A stretch of 42,228 nt of DNA from a virus (lineage: Duplodnaviria; Caudoviricetes), in the IMG/VR virus record IMGVR_UViG_3300048576_000444, positions 1 to 42,228 of that record; one strand, given 5' to 3'. Made by a program: the position numbers and the translations under genes. Shown one piece after another: positions 9,924 through 19,293 of this stretch (position 1 is its first letter; each line of letters begins with the position of its first letter). The notes beneath the pieces were generated by a model. The model ran no database searches. It had not been told where the DNA came from and saw only the letters and a program-made list of their open reading frames with translations.

Positions 9924-10766
9924 CTAGGAGTTGGAGTTCGGCGCGGCTGGGAGCGTATGCTCGATCGAGGCCGAGCCTCCAGGCGTTGAACTCGTTAAGT
10001 CGGGGCCAGGTGGCACGACGCCGTTTTTTTTTGACGCCTCTTCCTCTTTTTGCAAATAGGTCTCGAAGAACGGCCAATCGACCGTCGCCCCCAAAACGTC
10101 TTGCCAGTTTTCAGAAGTCACCAGCCGCAAAACCCGCTGCTCCGGCTGGCCGATGCGGTAATTCAGCGAGAGGGCATCCAGCGAGATCGCGAGCGCTTGA
10201 TCGAGTTGGATCGAGCAGAATTCGGACGATTTGGGATCGAAAAACAGCCGTGCGACTCGCTCCGTCTTTTTCCAAAGCTCGGCGTACTCGTCCCGTAATT
10301 GCATGGTGAACGAGCCATATTCGTCCAAAAACATGTCCTGGGGAAGTCGCGGCGATCGTGTGGAAAAGTCGCGGATGATCGGCACTTCCCACGTCTGGCC
10401 GTCGCCGAGCGTGATTTTGTAACCGGGGAAAAATGACTTTCGCAGCAGATCCTCGGGCGTCGGCGGAAAGGCCGGATCCACGCCGATGTACAAGAGATCG
10501 TTGATCCGCGTCCAGTTTTGATCGGCGTGATAATATCCCATCCGCCGCGGCGGCTCGCGGCTGACGATCGGCAACGGGGAAAAGACGATCCCCGGATCGC
10601 CGCTGGGGCCTTTTCCGCACACCTCGCAATGAGCCAGGTCATTTAAGCTTTCCAGGTCGGTCAAATGGCCGAGTCCCCGCGACTCCAGCAGCGAACGGCT
10701 GGGCTTGCCGGCTTGAGCAAACCCGGAAAGCATAACCTTCGGAAAAAAATAGAGAGGTGCGGACAT
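9924..10766 (-). CDS. Tail assembly chaperone (gpG-like); predicted -1 frameshift product ends at 9904
   Basis: Lies between tail tube and tape measure; A9 slippery run at 10024-10032. Confidence 0.65.
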   Translation of the reverse strand: MSAPLYFFPKVMLSGFAQAGKPSRSLLESRGLGHLTDLESLNDLAHCEVCGKGPSGDPGIVFSPLPIVSREPPRRMGYYHADQNWTRINDLLYIGVDPAFPPTPEDLLRKSFFPGYKITLGDGQTWEVPIIRDFSTRSPRLPQDMFLDEYGSFTMQLRDEYAELWKKTERVARLFFDPKSSEFCSIQLDQALAISLDALSLNYRIGQPEQRVLRLVTSENWQDVLGATVDWPFFETYLQKEEEASKKNGVVPPGPDLTSSTPGGSASIEHTLPAAPNSNS

Positions 10767-10775
10767 TTTTTGATA

Positions 10776-10848
10776 GGTTTTGGGGCTTTGGTCTTAGGTC
10801 TCGGGTTCTGGGTTTCACTCTCCACGATCCACCCTCCACTCTTCACTT
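10776..10848. repeat. Degenerate heptamer repeats (GGTCTTR-like and TCCACNC-like)
   Basis: ggttttg gggcttt ggtctta ggtctcg ggttctg, then tccacga tccaccc tccactc. Confidence 0.7.
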
Positions 10849-11778
10849 CTACGTAATGGCCTGGCCGGTGGCGATGGTCAGGGGTGCGGCGGTGGGAGCT
10901 GACGATCGGCATTGAATTTTGAGGACTTCGGAGGCCTCCGTTGATCCGCCGCCACTGATCTGATCGACGCTAATAATTCCTGTCGTGGCGGAAAACTTGA
11001 TATGCGCGGCCGTGGCGTCGGCGACATAAGCCACGCCGCCGGCCGCATCGGCACAGCACTTCCGCAGATAACCGGCGAAGGCCGTAAGTGGAGCTCCAAT
11101 CAGCCCGTAGGATGCCCAGGATTCGATCGTGAGCGATCGGAGCGTAATCACCGGATGCACGGCCTTGACGGCGAGGAACGAATCGTAGGTCTCGCTGCCG
11201 CTGCCCAATTGATACAATTCGACGCCCAGGTCGATCGACATTTCCGTGTCACCCGGCAGGGCGACCGTGTTGATCGTGATCGGACCCAGGCCAAAAAACT
11301 CCGCGGCCGTGGGAGTGCCGGCCAAGGCCACGCTGCCGGTCGCGACCAGCGGCACGTTGGTGCCGTCGAAGACCGACCACACGGTTGCTTCGGCGGTCGC
11401 CTCCTGCTGATGTCGGGCGGTGAGCGATCGCCAATTCATAAATGCCTTGGCGGCACGGATCCGGGTATGCACCGTCGAGGCGTCGGCCTCGCGCGTCCCC
11501 AGATTCGTCACCTTGCGGTACATCAGATCGGTGTTGCCGGCGGAGAGGTCGGCGCCATACAGTCCCGTCTCGGTCAAGAGCGTCGCCAACTGAGTGGTGC
11601 GGAAGTTGATGACCGGTTTCGCACCCTTGACGCCCAGGAACATGGGCGAGACCAGTCCCGAGGGAGTGCCGATCAGTTGCGAGATCCCGGTTTGCGGCGT
11701 GGCGTCTTCGACCTGGCTGTAGAACTGGGTCGGCGTTTTGATGCCGTGCAGCACATGGACGGTGGAAACTCCCATCAT
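10849..11778 (-). CDS. Putative major tail tube protein
   Basis: 309 aa, T/A/G/S-rich, AAAGGA RBS, placed after neck genes and before the chaperone. Confidence 0.65.
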   Translation of the reverse strand: MMGVSTVHVLHGIKTPTQFYSQVEDATPQTGISQLIGTPSGLVSPMFLGVKGAKPVINFRTTQLATLLTETGLYGADLSAGNTDLMYRKVTNLGTREADASTVHTRIRAAKAFMNWRSLTARHQQEATAEATVWSVFDGTNVPLVATGSVALAGTPTAAEFFGLGPITINTVALPGDTEMSIDLGVELYQLGSGSETYDSFLAVKAVHPVITLRSLTIESWASYGLIGAPLTAFAGYLRKCCADAAGGVAYVADATAAHIKFSATTGIISVDQISGGGSTEASEVLKIQCRSSAPTAAPLTIATGQAIT

Positions 11779-11814
11779 TTTATTTCCTTTTTAATTGAGG
11801 AACACCTTTAATGT

Positions 11815-11842
11815 CTCTGTGTTCCCTGCGTTCTTTGCGGTT
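11815..11842. repeat. Nonamer repeat (CTCTGYGTT-like)x3
   Basis: ctctgtgtt ccctgcgtt ctttgcggt; same family at 30539 and 31923-32025. Confidence 0.75.
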
Positions 11843-11844
11843 TT

Positions 11845-12396
11845 TTATTCGCCGTGAAAAAAAGCGATGCTGCTCTCGTCCACGTTCATGGTACGCGGCG
11901 GTCCGAACCATTCTTCTTTCGCCCGCGATTCGAGCCCGTCGCCGATCGTATCCAAAACGATGTCCTTGAGCGTCTCGATCTCGTCGTCGAGCATCGTCAA
12001 GATCTCTTTGGCCTTGTTCGGCTGATTGCTCCGGTCGGGAATCATGCCGATGTATCGCGGTCCTTTGAGTGCGATCTTGACGCGCGTGGGCGTGGCCGTG
12101 ATCACGCCGGTCCTCAAAAACAAGTCCCGCAAAGTGCCGGTGTACACGTTATCGACGATGCCCCCCTCCAGCACTTTTCCCACGCGGGCCAGCCGCATCT
12201 TTCGCACGATGTACTGGAAAGTACGCGGCTTGTAGCCGTATTTTCCCTTGGCCAGCGGGCGGAAATGTTCGGGAAGCAACACGTCCCGCCAGTATCTACC
12301 CTGCCGCTGATGGGCCTCCGTCAAGAGCTTTCGCCACGCGCGAACCGAGCACAAGTTCGGCTTGGAAAACTCGATTTGGACGAAAATCGGCAGCAT
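11845..12396 (-). CDS. Putative neck/tail completion protein
   Basis: Basic 183 aa protein with YKPRT..Y..RK and YTGTLRD motifs, in the head-tail region. Confidence 0.55.
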   Translation of the reverse strand: MLPIFVQIEFSKPNLCSVRAWRKLLTEAHQRQGRYWRDVLLPEHFRPLAKGKYGYKPRTFQYIVRKMRLARVGKVLEGGIVDNVYTGTLRDLFLRTGVITATPTRVKIALKGPRYIGMIPDRSNQPNKAKEILTMLDDEIETLKDIVLDTIGDGLESRAKEEWFGPPRTMNVDESSIAFFHGE

Positions 12397-12417
12397 TTTT
12401 TATTTTCTTTGCAGTTA

Positions 12418-12927
12418 TTAAAGTCGCGACCAATGCACCTCGATCATCGCCATCCAATACACGTTTCTCTGGCCGGGCGTCGCCGCGGTGACGCCGATCT
12501 TCCGTGAATCCGCCAGATGAATCGAATCGATCGGCAGCCGCGTATCGACGCCTTGCAGGCCGGCGATTTCCGCCAACGTCTGGCCGACGAAGTTTTCGAA
12601 ATCCGTTTGGCTCCGCTCCGGACTATCCGGGTAACGATCGTCATCGCTCAGGACGAGCGCCAATGAGCAATTGCTCGGCCTCAGCAGGCGGTTGTCCACC
12701 CGCGAGAGGCTAAATCCGGCCGTTCCCACGACGGCCAGCGGCCCCTTGATCTCATAAAGCCCTTTGGCATGCAACTCAGGATGATGAATGTATGGGTAGG
12801 CATCCGTTTTACTTGACGCACCCACGCGGGCCTGAAAAAAGGTGCTTTCGGCCAACAGCTCCACCAATTTGCGCACGGGGATCGATATCGGTCCGGCGGC
12901 GGCGATGGAGGGCGTTGCTTCCGACAT
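12418..12927 (-). CDS. Putative tail terminator-like protein
   Basis: AAAAGG RBS before ATG 12927; positional call. Confidence 0.5.
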   Translation of the reverse strand: MSEATPSIAAAGPISIPVRKLVELLAESTFFQARVGASSKTDAYPYIHHPELHAKGLYEIKGPLAVVGTAGFSLSRVDNRLLRPSNCSLALVLSDDDRYPDSPERSQTDFENFVGQTLAEIAGLQGVDTRLPIDSIHLADSRKIGVTAATPGQRNVYWMAMIEVHWSRL

Positions 12928-12965
12928 CCTTTTTCTTTCTTTGCAGTTGGAAAAATTAGGAAAAT

Positions 12966-13385
12966 TCAGGAAAGTCTTTGGCGAGTGTTCGAGGTGCCGA
13001 CTTGCTCCCGCTTCTGACGCTGGAACAAGAGGAGCCACGATTCGTTCGTATCGCCGACCGCATTGACAAAGGCAAAGGCACGATCCGGGGAATCGCCGGC
13101 ACGCACGATGCAATCGCCCAGACGCGGCTCGGCGATGCCGCCGATCAAGGTCTCGCCATCGGCAGCCGCTTCATCTTTCGCCACGCGGACGCGGATTCTT
13201 TCGACGGTACTTATTTCCTGGCTCGACTCGTTCAAGGCATTTTCGCCGCCGTGAATTACGTTGATTACGATCTCCCGAGCCGCACCGCCTTGCGGGTAGA
13301 AATCGACCTTCTCCGCGAAAGCGCCCGTATTGAGCGCCACGCGGAGAAGGTTTTGCTTTCGTAGCTCGGCAAAGTTGAGCGTCAT
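12966..13385 (-). CDS. Putative head closure / head-tail joining protein
   Basis: 139 aa; FAEKVDFYP..G..R..I..N pattern typical of FII-like proteins; position. Confidence 0.6.
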   Translation of the reverse strand: MTLNFAELRKQNLLRVALNTGAFAEKVDFYPQGGAAREIVINVIHGGENALNESSQEISTVERIRVRVAKDEAAADGETLIGGIAEPRLGDCIVRAGDSPDRAFAFVNAVGDTNESWLLLFQRQKREQVGTSNTRQRLS

Positions 13386-13393
13386 TTTGGTAT

Positions 13394-13449
13394 AGGTCTT
13401 AGGATTTGGGCCTTAGGTCTTGGGATCCTAATCCCTAAGACCCAAGACC
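13394..13449. repeat. Inverted heptamer repeat array forming a hairpin
   Basis: ggtctta ggatttg ggcctta ggtcttg ggat...atcc ctaagacc caagacc. Confidence 0.8.
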
Positions 13450-13460
13450 AAATACCGTTT

Positions 13461-14141
13461 TTACGACCGCTTGAACTGGATATCGACGTAGTCGGCAATC
13501 ACGTTGGGCGTGGTGGTGCCCGATGCCTTTTGGAGTTGGACGATCGGCTGGCAGTAGGTGCCGGAAGCGCCCGACATATTGAAGGTCGTTTTCGGGCAAA
13601 GTCGCTCCATCTTGCCGGCGGCGTTGGTCCCGAAGAACCGGACGTCGGAAAGGCCGTTGCGGAAGTTGATCGCGAATTCCTTCCACGTCGCGGCGGGCAA
13701 CGTGATGGCGCTGTCCTTGTCGTCCGTATCCGTGGCAGCGTCGTCGGTCTCGCAGGTCACCGTGGTGGCCGCGTGGAGCGTAAAGTGGGCATTGTAGGCC
13801 ACGGAATCGACCGTGTCGTTTCGCGCCGACCAGAGACCGAACGTGAGCTGCTCGGCGGTGGTGATCGCCGACGCCTGGATACGCCAGACAATCTCCTGGA
13901 GGTTGTCCCACTTGAAACCCAAAATATCGTTCCAGTACAAGCAGACGTTTTCCGCCTCGCTCGTATTGGCCAGCAAGATCTTGAAGCCGCCGTTGGGCAT
14001 GCCGGTGACGCCGGTGTAAGTCGGCGTGCCGGCGGACGAGGTGTCCGCGATCGCCCAGGGAGTGCCGACATTGCTGGCGCCGGCCACCATGTTCTGAACG
14101 CCAAAAAAGTCGTCGAAAAATCGACCCATTGCGTTATGCAT
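13461..14141 (-). CDS. Putative capsid decoration/cement protein
   Basis: 226 aa, beta-rich, immediately after the capsid gene, AAAGGA RBS. Confidence 0.55.
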   Translation of the reverse strand: MHNAMGRFFDDFFGVQNMVAGASNVGTPWAIADTSSAGTPTYTGVTGMPNGGFKILLANTSEAENVCLYWNDILGFKWDNLQEIVWRIQASAITTAEQLTFGLWSARNDTVDSVAYNAHFTLHAATTVTCETDDAATDTDDKDSAITLPAATWKEFAINFRNGLSDVRFFGTNAAGKMERLCPKTTFNMSGASGTYCQPIVQLQKASGTTTPNVIADYVDIQFKRS

Positions 14142-14233
14142 GACTTTTTATCCTTTTTGAAAAAAATGATTGATTTGGTAAAGTGCCCCGCGAAAACTGC
14201 CCCTATTCAATTCTCTGCTCACCGGCTCAGCGA

Positions 14234-16783
14234 CTACGCGCTATAACCGGTATGCTTGATCAGGCCGCGGTAATCGACGGGGAGCGCGGCAAAGCACTGC
14301 TGCGTCTTGTAGTAACGCGTGCCGAACTTCGGATCCCACCAGGACTCCACGAACGGCGTTTCCTGTCCTTGCAGGAAGACGACTTCGACCGTGTCGATCT
14401 GGCCATTGTCGGCGGCTCCATACCAGACGGCCGTGCTGACCGAGTCCAAGAGTGGCTCGCATACTGGTTCCACGGATCCGTAGAACTGGTTGCGGACGTT
14501 CGGATTGGCGTTCGCCGGATCGGTCTGCGATCGCAGAAGCGTGGTGGCTGTGGTTTCCAAAGCCGCGGGGTGAATCAGCCAGCGGAGGGCGACGTTCAGG
14601 GTCGCGTCCGTATTGAGACCCTTCATCGTCCGCAACTTGGCTTGCATTGCCGAGAGCGTGGTGACGCTAGGCGGGGCAGCCGTCGTCGAACCAGTGCCCA
14701 GCAAGTTGCCTTGGTGGTTGGTGGCGTCGAAGACGGAATAACCGTCGGCCATCGTCGGATTGCCGGTCAAGACCACATAGACCTTTTTGTTGACCGTGCG
14801 GGCGGCGGCGTTGGAATTCATCTTCGGCAAACGACTCAAAGCCGATAGATCGTCGTTGACCATCATCTCCCAGGTGAAGGGATCGGTCTTTTCGAACTTG
14901 CCGACCGCGCTGTATTCGCGGCCGTCGGTGAGACCGGTGCCGATCGGGGTCTCGTGACCCTCGGGGATCTCTTCCAAATCGTTCGCCTCGCCGAATTTGA
15001 CGATCGAGAACGTCTTGAAGTCGGGTACCGATTCTCCACGTCGAGCCCATTTGGTCCAGGTCACCGTGGCCTCGTCGTAGGCGCGGGCCAAAACCTTCCG
15101 CATGCTGTTGAGCGTCAGGTTCGGGAAGCTGCTCGTTCCGTAATAGGCCGATCCGCCGGCGTTTGCCAGCATCGCCGGATTGTCCATGCTCAAGGCGAGC
15201 TTGCAAATCTCGTTGCGGGTCATACCCTCGGTCCGCACGCCGAGGATTCGCAGATTCCGCTCGGCCAACTCGCTGGCACGCATCCGCATGAACGGATTGT
15301 TCTTGGGCTGCTCTTTTTCCGAGAGGTTTATTCCGGCCGCAGTCAGACATTTCGCGTCGAGGGCTTCCTGGGCCCCCTTCGCAAAGCTATCCAGATCCGT
15401 GCTCTTGATCTCGATCCGCGGCAACGGGTTCGAGACGCCGGCGACTTTTTCGCGCACGACTTCGCGGACTTTTTCCAAGGGAAGGCCCAATGCCACGATC
15501 TCCGCCGAGGCCTGAGCGTCCAGGCCCATCAGCTCGCAGACGGCCGTGGTCTGCGTCTTCAGATAGTCGGCCTCCTTTTGGGCGCGAGCGGCGGCGCGTT
15601 CATCGATCTTCGCAGCGAGTTTATCGTAATCGATGGCGGTAGACTCGGTTTTCAACTCGCCGACATATTTGGCGAGTTGCTGGGTCTCTCCGAGGAGCGT
15701 CTTCACATACGCCGCGGCGTCGGTCGGAATCGTTTCGTTGCGTGTCGCAAAAAACGCCTGGGCGGCTTCCTCAGTGCAATCGGCAATGAGACCCTTCGCA
15801 AACAGGGCTGCGATCAACTTCTTGTCCATGTTTTTTCCTTTCAGAAAACTTTGGGTAATGGACGGTTTGTCGCCAATTGGCGACAAGGTTTTCTGCGCCG
15901 AGAGACCGCCTCCCGGTGCCGCCCTGAATCGGGCCTCTAATTCGCTAATGACTTGGTCCAAGGTCGCCACGCGATCGGCGAGCTTCTCTGCGACGGCCTC
16001 GCGGGAATAAGGAGCGTCCCCTTCGCCGAATCCATTTCGGACGGCCTGCACGCTCGCCTTGCGGTTGCGGGCAACGGCCTCGGTAAACATCGCATAGGCA
16101 TCGTTGACGAATTGCTGGAGTTTTCCCCGCGATTCTTCCGAAAGCGGCTCGACGTCGTTACCCGCCGTCTTATAGCGACCAGCCGAAATCACCGTTCGCT
16201 TGACGCCCATCTCCGCATCTTGCTTCGATCGCTCGGCGTGAACCATATACACGCCGATCGAGCCGATGCGGGACGACGGACTGGCGACGACTTCGTCGCA
16301 GGCCGAGCCGATCCAGTACGCGCCGCTCGCCATGCAGGTATTCGAGACGGCAATCATCGGCTTGGTGCCGCGGGCGTTATAAATCAGGTCGGAACACTCG
16401 GCCGTTCCTCCGACCGTGCCACCGGGCGAGTTGATGTCCAGGACGAGCGCCTTGCATTCGGGATTCTTCAGGCACTTTTGGATCGTCCGTCCGAGCATCT
16501 CCGACGAGACGCCGCCGGAGAATCGCATGATCAGATTCATCCGCTGGGCAATCACGCCCGAGACGTTGATCACGGCCACGCCGCCGGGCGTCAGGCAATA
16601 GCCTTGGTCATCCTCGGGATCTTCCAGCGGCTCGCCGAAAACCTTGAGTTCCTCTTCCGAGAGCAAACCGCGATCGCGGCGATCGAGGACCGCCAGAATC
16701 TCGTTGAATTTCGATTCGGTAATCGCCCAGGGAGTCGCGTACACGCTCTCGATGATGTGCCGAATGGAGTGTTTTTTAGGCAT
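14234..16783 (-). CDS. S49 prohead protease - scaffold - major capsid protein fusion
   Basis: LDINSPGG, ASGAYWIGS, GSIGV, AGRYK (S49); C-terminal capsid with VPDFK, TWEMMVNDDL, LIHPAALE, DTVEVVFLQG...P, DYRGL. Confidence 0.9.
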   Translation of the reverse strand: MPKKHSIRHIIESVYATPWAITESKFNEILAVLDRRDRGLLSEEELKVFGEPLEDPEDDQGYCLTPGGVAVINVSGVIAQRMNLIMRFSGGVSSEMLGRTIQKCLKNPECKALVLDINSPGGTVGGTAECSDLIYNARGTKPMIAVSNTCMASGAYWIGSACDEVVASPSSRIGSIGVYMVHAERSKQDAEMGVKRTVISAGRYKTAGNDVEPLSEESRGKLQQFVNDAYAMFTEAVARNRKASVQAVRNGFGEGDAPYSREAVAEKLADRVATLDQVISELEARFRAAPGGGLSAQKTLSPIGDKPSITQSFLKGKNMDKKLIAALFAKGLIADCTEEAAQAFFATRNETIPTDAAAYVKTLLGETQQLAKYVGELKTESTAIDYDKLAAKIDERAAARAQKEADYLKTQTTAVCELMGLDAQASAEIVALGLPLEKVREVVREKVAGVSNPLPRIEIKSTDLDSFAKGAQEALDAKCLTAAGINLSEKEQPKNNPFMRMRASELAERNLRILGVRTEGMTRNEICKLALSMDNPAMLANAGGSAYYGTSSFPNLTLNSMRKVLARAYDEATVTWTKWARRGESVPDFKTFSIVKFGEANDLEEIPEGHETPIGTGLTDGREYSAVGKFEKTDPFTWEMMVNDDLSALSRLPKMNSNAAARTVNKKVYVVLTGNPTMADGYSVFDATNHQGNLLGTGSTTAAPPSVTTLSAMQAKLRTMKGLNTDATLNVALRWLIHPAALETTATTLLRSQTDPANANPNVRNQFYGSVEPVCEPLLDSVSTAVWYGAADNGQIDTVEVVFLQGQETPFVESWWDPKFGTRYYKTQQCFAALPVDYRGLIKHTGYSA

Positions 16784-18404
16784 TTTTTGTTTTCTCCACG
16801 CCATCGGGTTTCTCTTGTTCCACCGGTTCGTCCTCGGGTTGCTCAGTCACGGGCCCCGCGCTGTTGACGTTGCCGGGATAGTTCGTCGAGAGGTCGAGTT
16901 CCAATTCGCGAATGAGAGCCAGTTCGCGGGCGCGTTGCTTCAGGATCCGCCGATAGTTTTTTCCGCGTCCGGCGCACTCTTCTTGCAGCGTCGAGAAACC
17001 GGCGCGGATGCGTTCGACCGCCGCCTTGACCTCTTCGCCGACTTGAATCTCTTCCCAGCCGGGTGGCAAAATCCGTGTGCCCAGGAACAACTGCCGATTC
17101 TTGCGGAATTGATCGGGGGAAATGGAGCTGATTCGGCCCATCGCGATCATCTGCGCCACGGCCCGCTGGCGAATGCGAAGCGGACAACGACGACCGAATT
17201 TTCCTTGCAGGGCCTTATAAAAAAGCTTGTCGCCTTGCTGAGCGAATCGCGCGGCGGAGAAGCTGCTCTCTTTCGTATCGCGGGTCAGTCCCAAGTACGA
17301 GAGTCCGATGCCGTTGGCCATCGTCGAGAGAATCAGCTTGATCCAGGGCTCGGCGCCGCTCGCCGGTCGTTTCGATTCGATCATCTCGACGCTGTCACCT
17401 TGCCCGATGTCGGCGATGATCCCGGGGCCGAGATATTCCAGCGGGTTGCTGTCGCCATCGTATCCGTCGCCGGCGTCATCGCCGAAACCGATTCCGGTAC
17501 CAACGCCGGCGGCTCGTTTGACAGCCACGGTGAATAACGAGCCGATTCGCGCGGCCTTCATTTCATTGCCGACGTATTGGCCGAGGTCGCGCATCGATTG
17601 CAGGATCGAGGCGAACCAGGTAATGCCGCGGGTCTGGCTGGGACGCGATTTTTCGTAATAGTGGATAATCCGCTCGGCCGGCACTCGGACCGTGTCTTGC
17701 GCGGAGAGCACCAGGTCATACGGATGCTGCGTCCAAAAGTGATAGGCCACGCGTCGGCCGCGACGGTCGAACTCGATTCCCCGTTTGATGCGGTTTCCTT
17801 CGGCCGACATGCCGTCCATCGTGGAGTTGATTTGCTCGGCCTCCAAGATCTGGTAGCACAGCGGAATGATGCGGTTGCGGTCGGGATCGTTCACTTCGAC
17901 CAAAAACGTCTCGCCGACTTCCGGGGCCTCTGATAAACTGACCGACTGGATTTCAGGCAGCGCCAGCTCGCCTTCGGCGTCGGCCTCTTCCATCGCCCAC
18001 CGCGTGAATAGATTGTCGATCTGTCCGCCGGCCTCATCGTCGAGCGTGCCGTCGTTCAGCTCGATCTCCGACTCGGTCAAGATGCCTTCAGGGCCGCAGA
18101 CGTTGCCGACGATCCGCTCGATCGCCTGCTTGGCCCACGGCTCATTTCGCACAAGATCGCGGGCTCGCTGCGTGATGTTTTCCCATGCGGTGCCGACCGC
18201 CAGGTCGCCGCTCATGTGCGAGGTGAGCCAATCGCGGTTCCACTGATCGCGAATAGCGCCTTCGTAGCCGCGGCCGTGGCTGTTTCCCGATGGACCTTGG
18301 CCGACATTTTTTACCTTCAGACGCGGCAGCGTTCTAGAATCGGTGGTCGGAACCACCGTCTCCGGAGTGACGTCGATTTGCGTGTAGCCGATTTTTCCGC
18401 TCAT
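16776..18404 (-). CDS. Phage portal protein, lambda family
   Basis: RARDLVRN, GIEFDRRGRRVAYH, RPSQTRGI, GLSY..LT.D..ESSFSAAR. Confidence 0.95.
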   Translation of the reverse strand: MSGKIGYTQIDVTPETVVPTTDSRTLPRLKVKNVGQGPSGNSHGRGYEGAIRDQWNRDWLTSHMSGDLAVGTAWENITQRARDLVRNEPWAKQAIERIVGNVCGPEGILTESEIELNDGTLDDEAGGQIDNLFTRWAMEEADAEGELALPEIQSVSLSEAPEVGETFLVEVNDPDRNRIIPLCYQILEAEQINSTMDGMSAEGNRIKRGIEFDRRGRRVAYHFWTQHPYDLVLSAQDTVRVPAERIIHYYEKSRPSQTRGITWFASILQSMRDLGQYVGNEMKAARIGSLFTVAVKRAAGVGTGIGFGDDAGDGYDGDSNPLEYLGPGIIADIGQGDSVEMIESKRPASGAEPWIKLILSTMANGIGLSYLGLTRDTKESSFSAARFAQQGDKLFYKALQGKFGRRCPLRIRQRAVAQMIAMGRISSISPDQFRKNRQLFLGTRILPPGWEEIQVGEEVKAAVERIRAGFSTLQEECAGRGKNYRRILKQRARELALIRELELDLSTNYPGNVNSAGPVTEQPEDEPVEQEKPDGVEKTKNA

Positions 18405-18619
18405 CGCGATCGCCTCAAAGGAACGCCCAGCCTGAAATTACCGCCGCTGCCGGCGGCGACTTCAATCTGCAATTTCGCGCGCAGACGTTCAAGCTTGTCG
18501 AGATCGTTCATCGTGAACGTCTGGCCGTTGTCGCCGTATGATGCGACTCCAGAGCTCAGGAGATCGGAGATCGCCTGGTTGACCTGGTCGAGTAGTTGCG
18601 CGGAGGTAATAGAAGCCAT
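18401..18619 (-). CDS. gpW-like head-tail joining protein
   Basis: Small ORF just before the portal; L..V..AI..LL..GVASY...G...T..DL..L pattern. Confidence 0.7.
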   Translation of the reverse strand: MASITSAQLLDQVNQAISDLLSSGVASYGDNGQTFTMNDLDKLERLRAKLQIEVAAGSGGNFRLGVPLRRSR

Positions 18620-18668
18620 GCCGTTATTAAACGGCATGGCGTGGAAACGTTTCAAGAGAAAGACGTGA

Positions 18669-18695
18669 AGTAGTTACCAATGTTTGGTAACTACT
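18669..18695. promoter_or_regulatory. Perfect inverted repeat (12-bp arms) upstream of a putative head-operon promoter
   Basis: AGTAGTTACCAA-tgt-TTGGTAACTACT; on the minus strand followed by TTGAAA-N18-TTTAAT. Confidence 0.55.
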
Positions 18696-19023
18696 CGGAA
18701 ATACGGGCTGATTTCCCATTTCCATAGAGGTTTTTGAGCAGTCCGATCGGTCGCAGACGCTTGGCGGTCTCTCGGCATTTGTTCTCGGTGCATCGGTAGT
18801 AAGTGAACGACGAACCCGTCGAATAGGCTACCATTTGCGTGCCGTGAATCGGGCAAAGCGGCTGATTGCCTTGCCGCGGCCGGCTTTGCTCTTCGATTTT
18901 TGGCGGCTCGACGGTCGGCGGTTGATAGGATGTTTCTTCCGATTCATCGACGTTGGTTACGGCGGAGGTCGGCAAATCGATCGACTCGTCGATCAATCCC
19001 ATGCCAGCATGCTTTTTTGCCAT
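18691..19023 (-). CDS. Zn-ribbon protein (Ogr/Delta-like candidate)
   Basis: LCPIHG...YYRCTENKC after an acidic N-terminus. Confidence 0.55.
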   Translation of the reverse strand: MAKKHAGMGLIDESIDLPTSAVTNVDESEETSYQPPTVEPPKIEEQSRPRQGNQPLCPIHGTQMVAYSTGSSFTYYRCTENKCRETAKRLRPIGLLKNLYGNGKSARISE

Positions 19024-19026
19024 TGT

Positions 19027-19293
19027 TCAGACTCCTTTTGCTTTTAAGTGAAGTTGTTGATTTTCATCCTCGAAAAACTCGCCCTGGAGATAATGTTCCC
19101 CGGGCTTCAAACGCGATATTTCTGCCTCTTCGGGAAGGCTCTCGCCTTCAATCTTCAATAGCATTTCCTTCTTTTCGAAGGAATCTTTGTACTCCATCCG
19201 CAAATTAGTCCGGTTGATCCATTGCGCGATCTGTGGGAGCAACCCTGGATCGATCGAGACGACAAGGACGCGACTGCTAGGTTTGAAAATCAT
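19027..19293 (-). CDS. Hypothetical protein
   Basis: ATG overlaps the terL stop; 88 aa. Confidence 0.55.
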   Translation of the reverse strand: MIFKPSSRVLVVSIDPGLLPQIAQWINRTNLRMEYKDSFEKKEMLLKIEGESLPEEAEISRLKPGEHYLQGEFFEDENQQLHLKAKGV

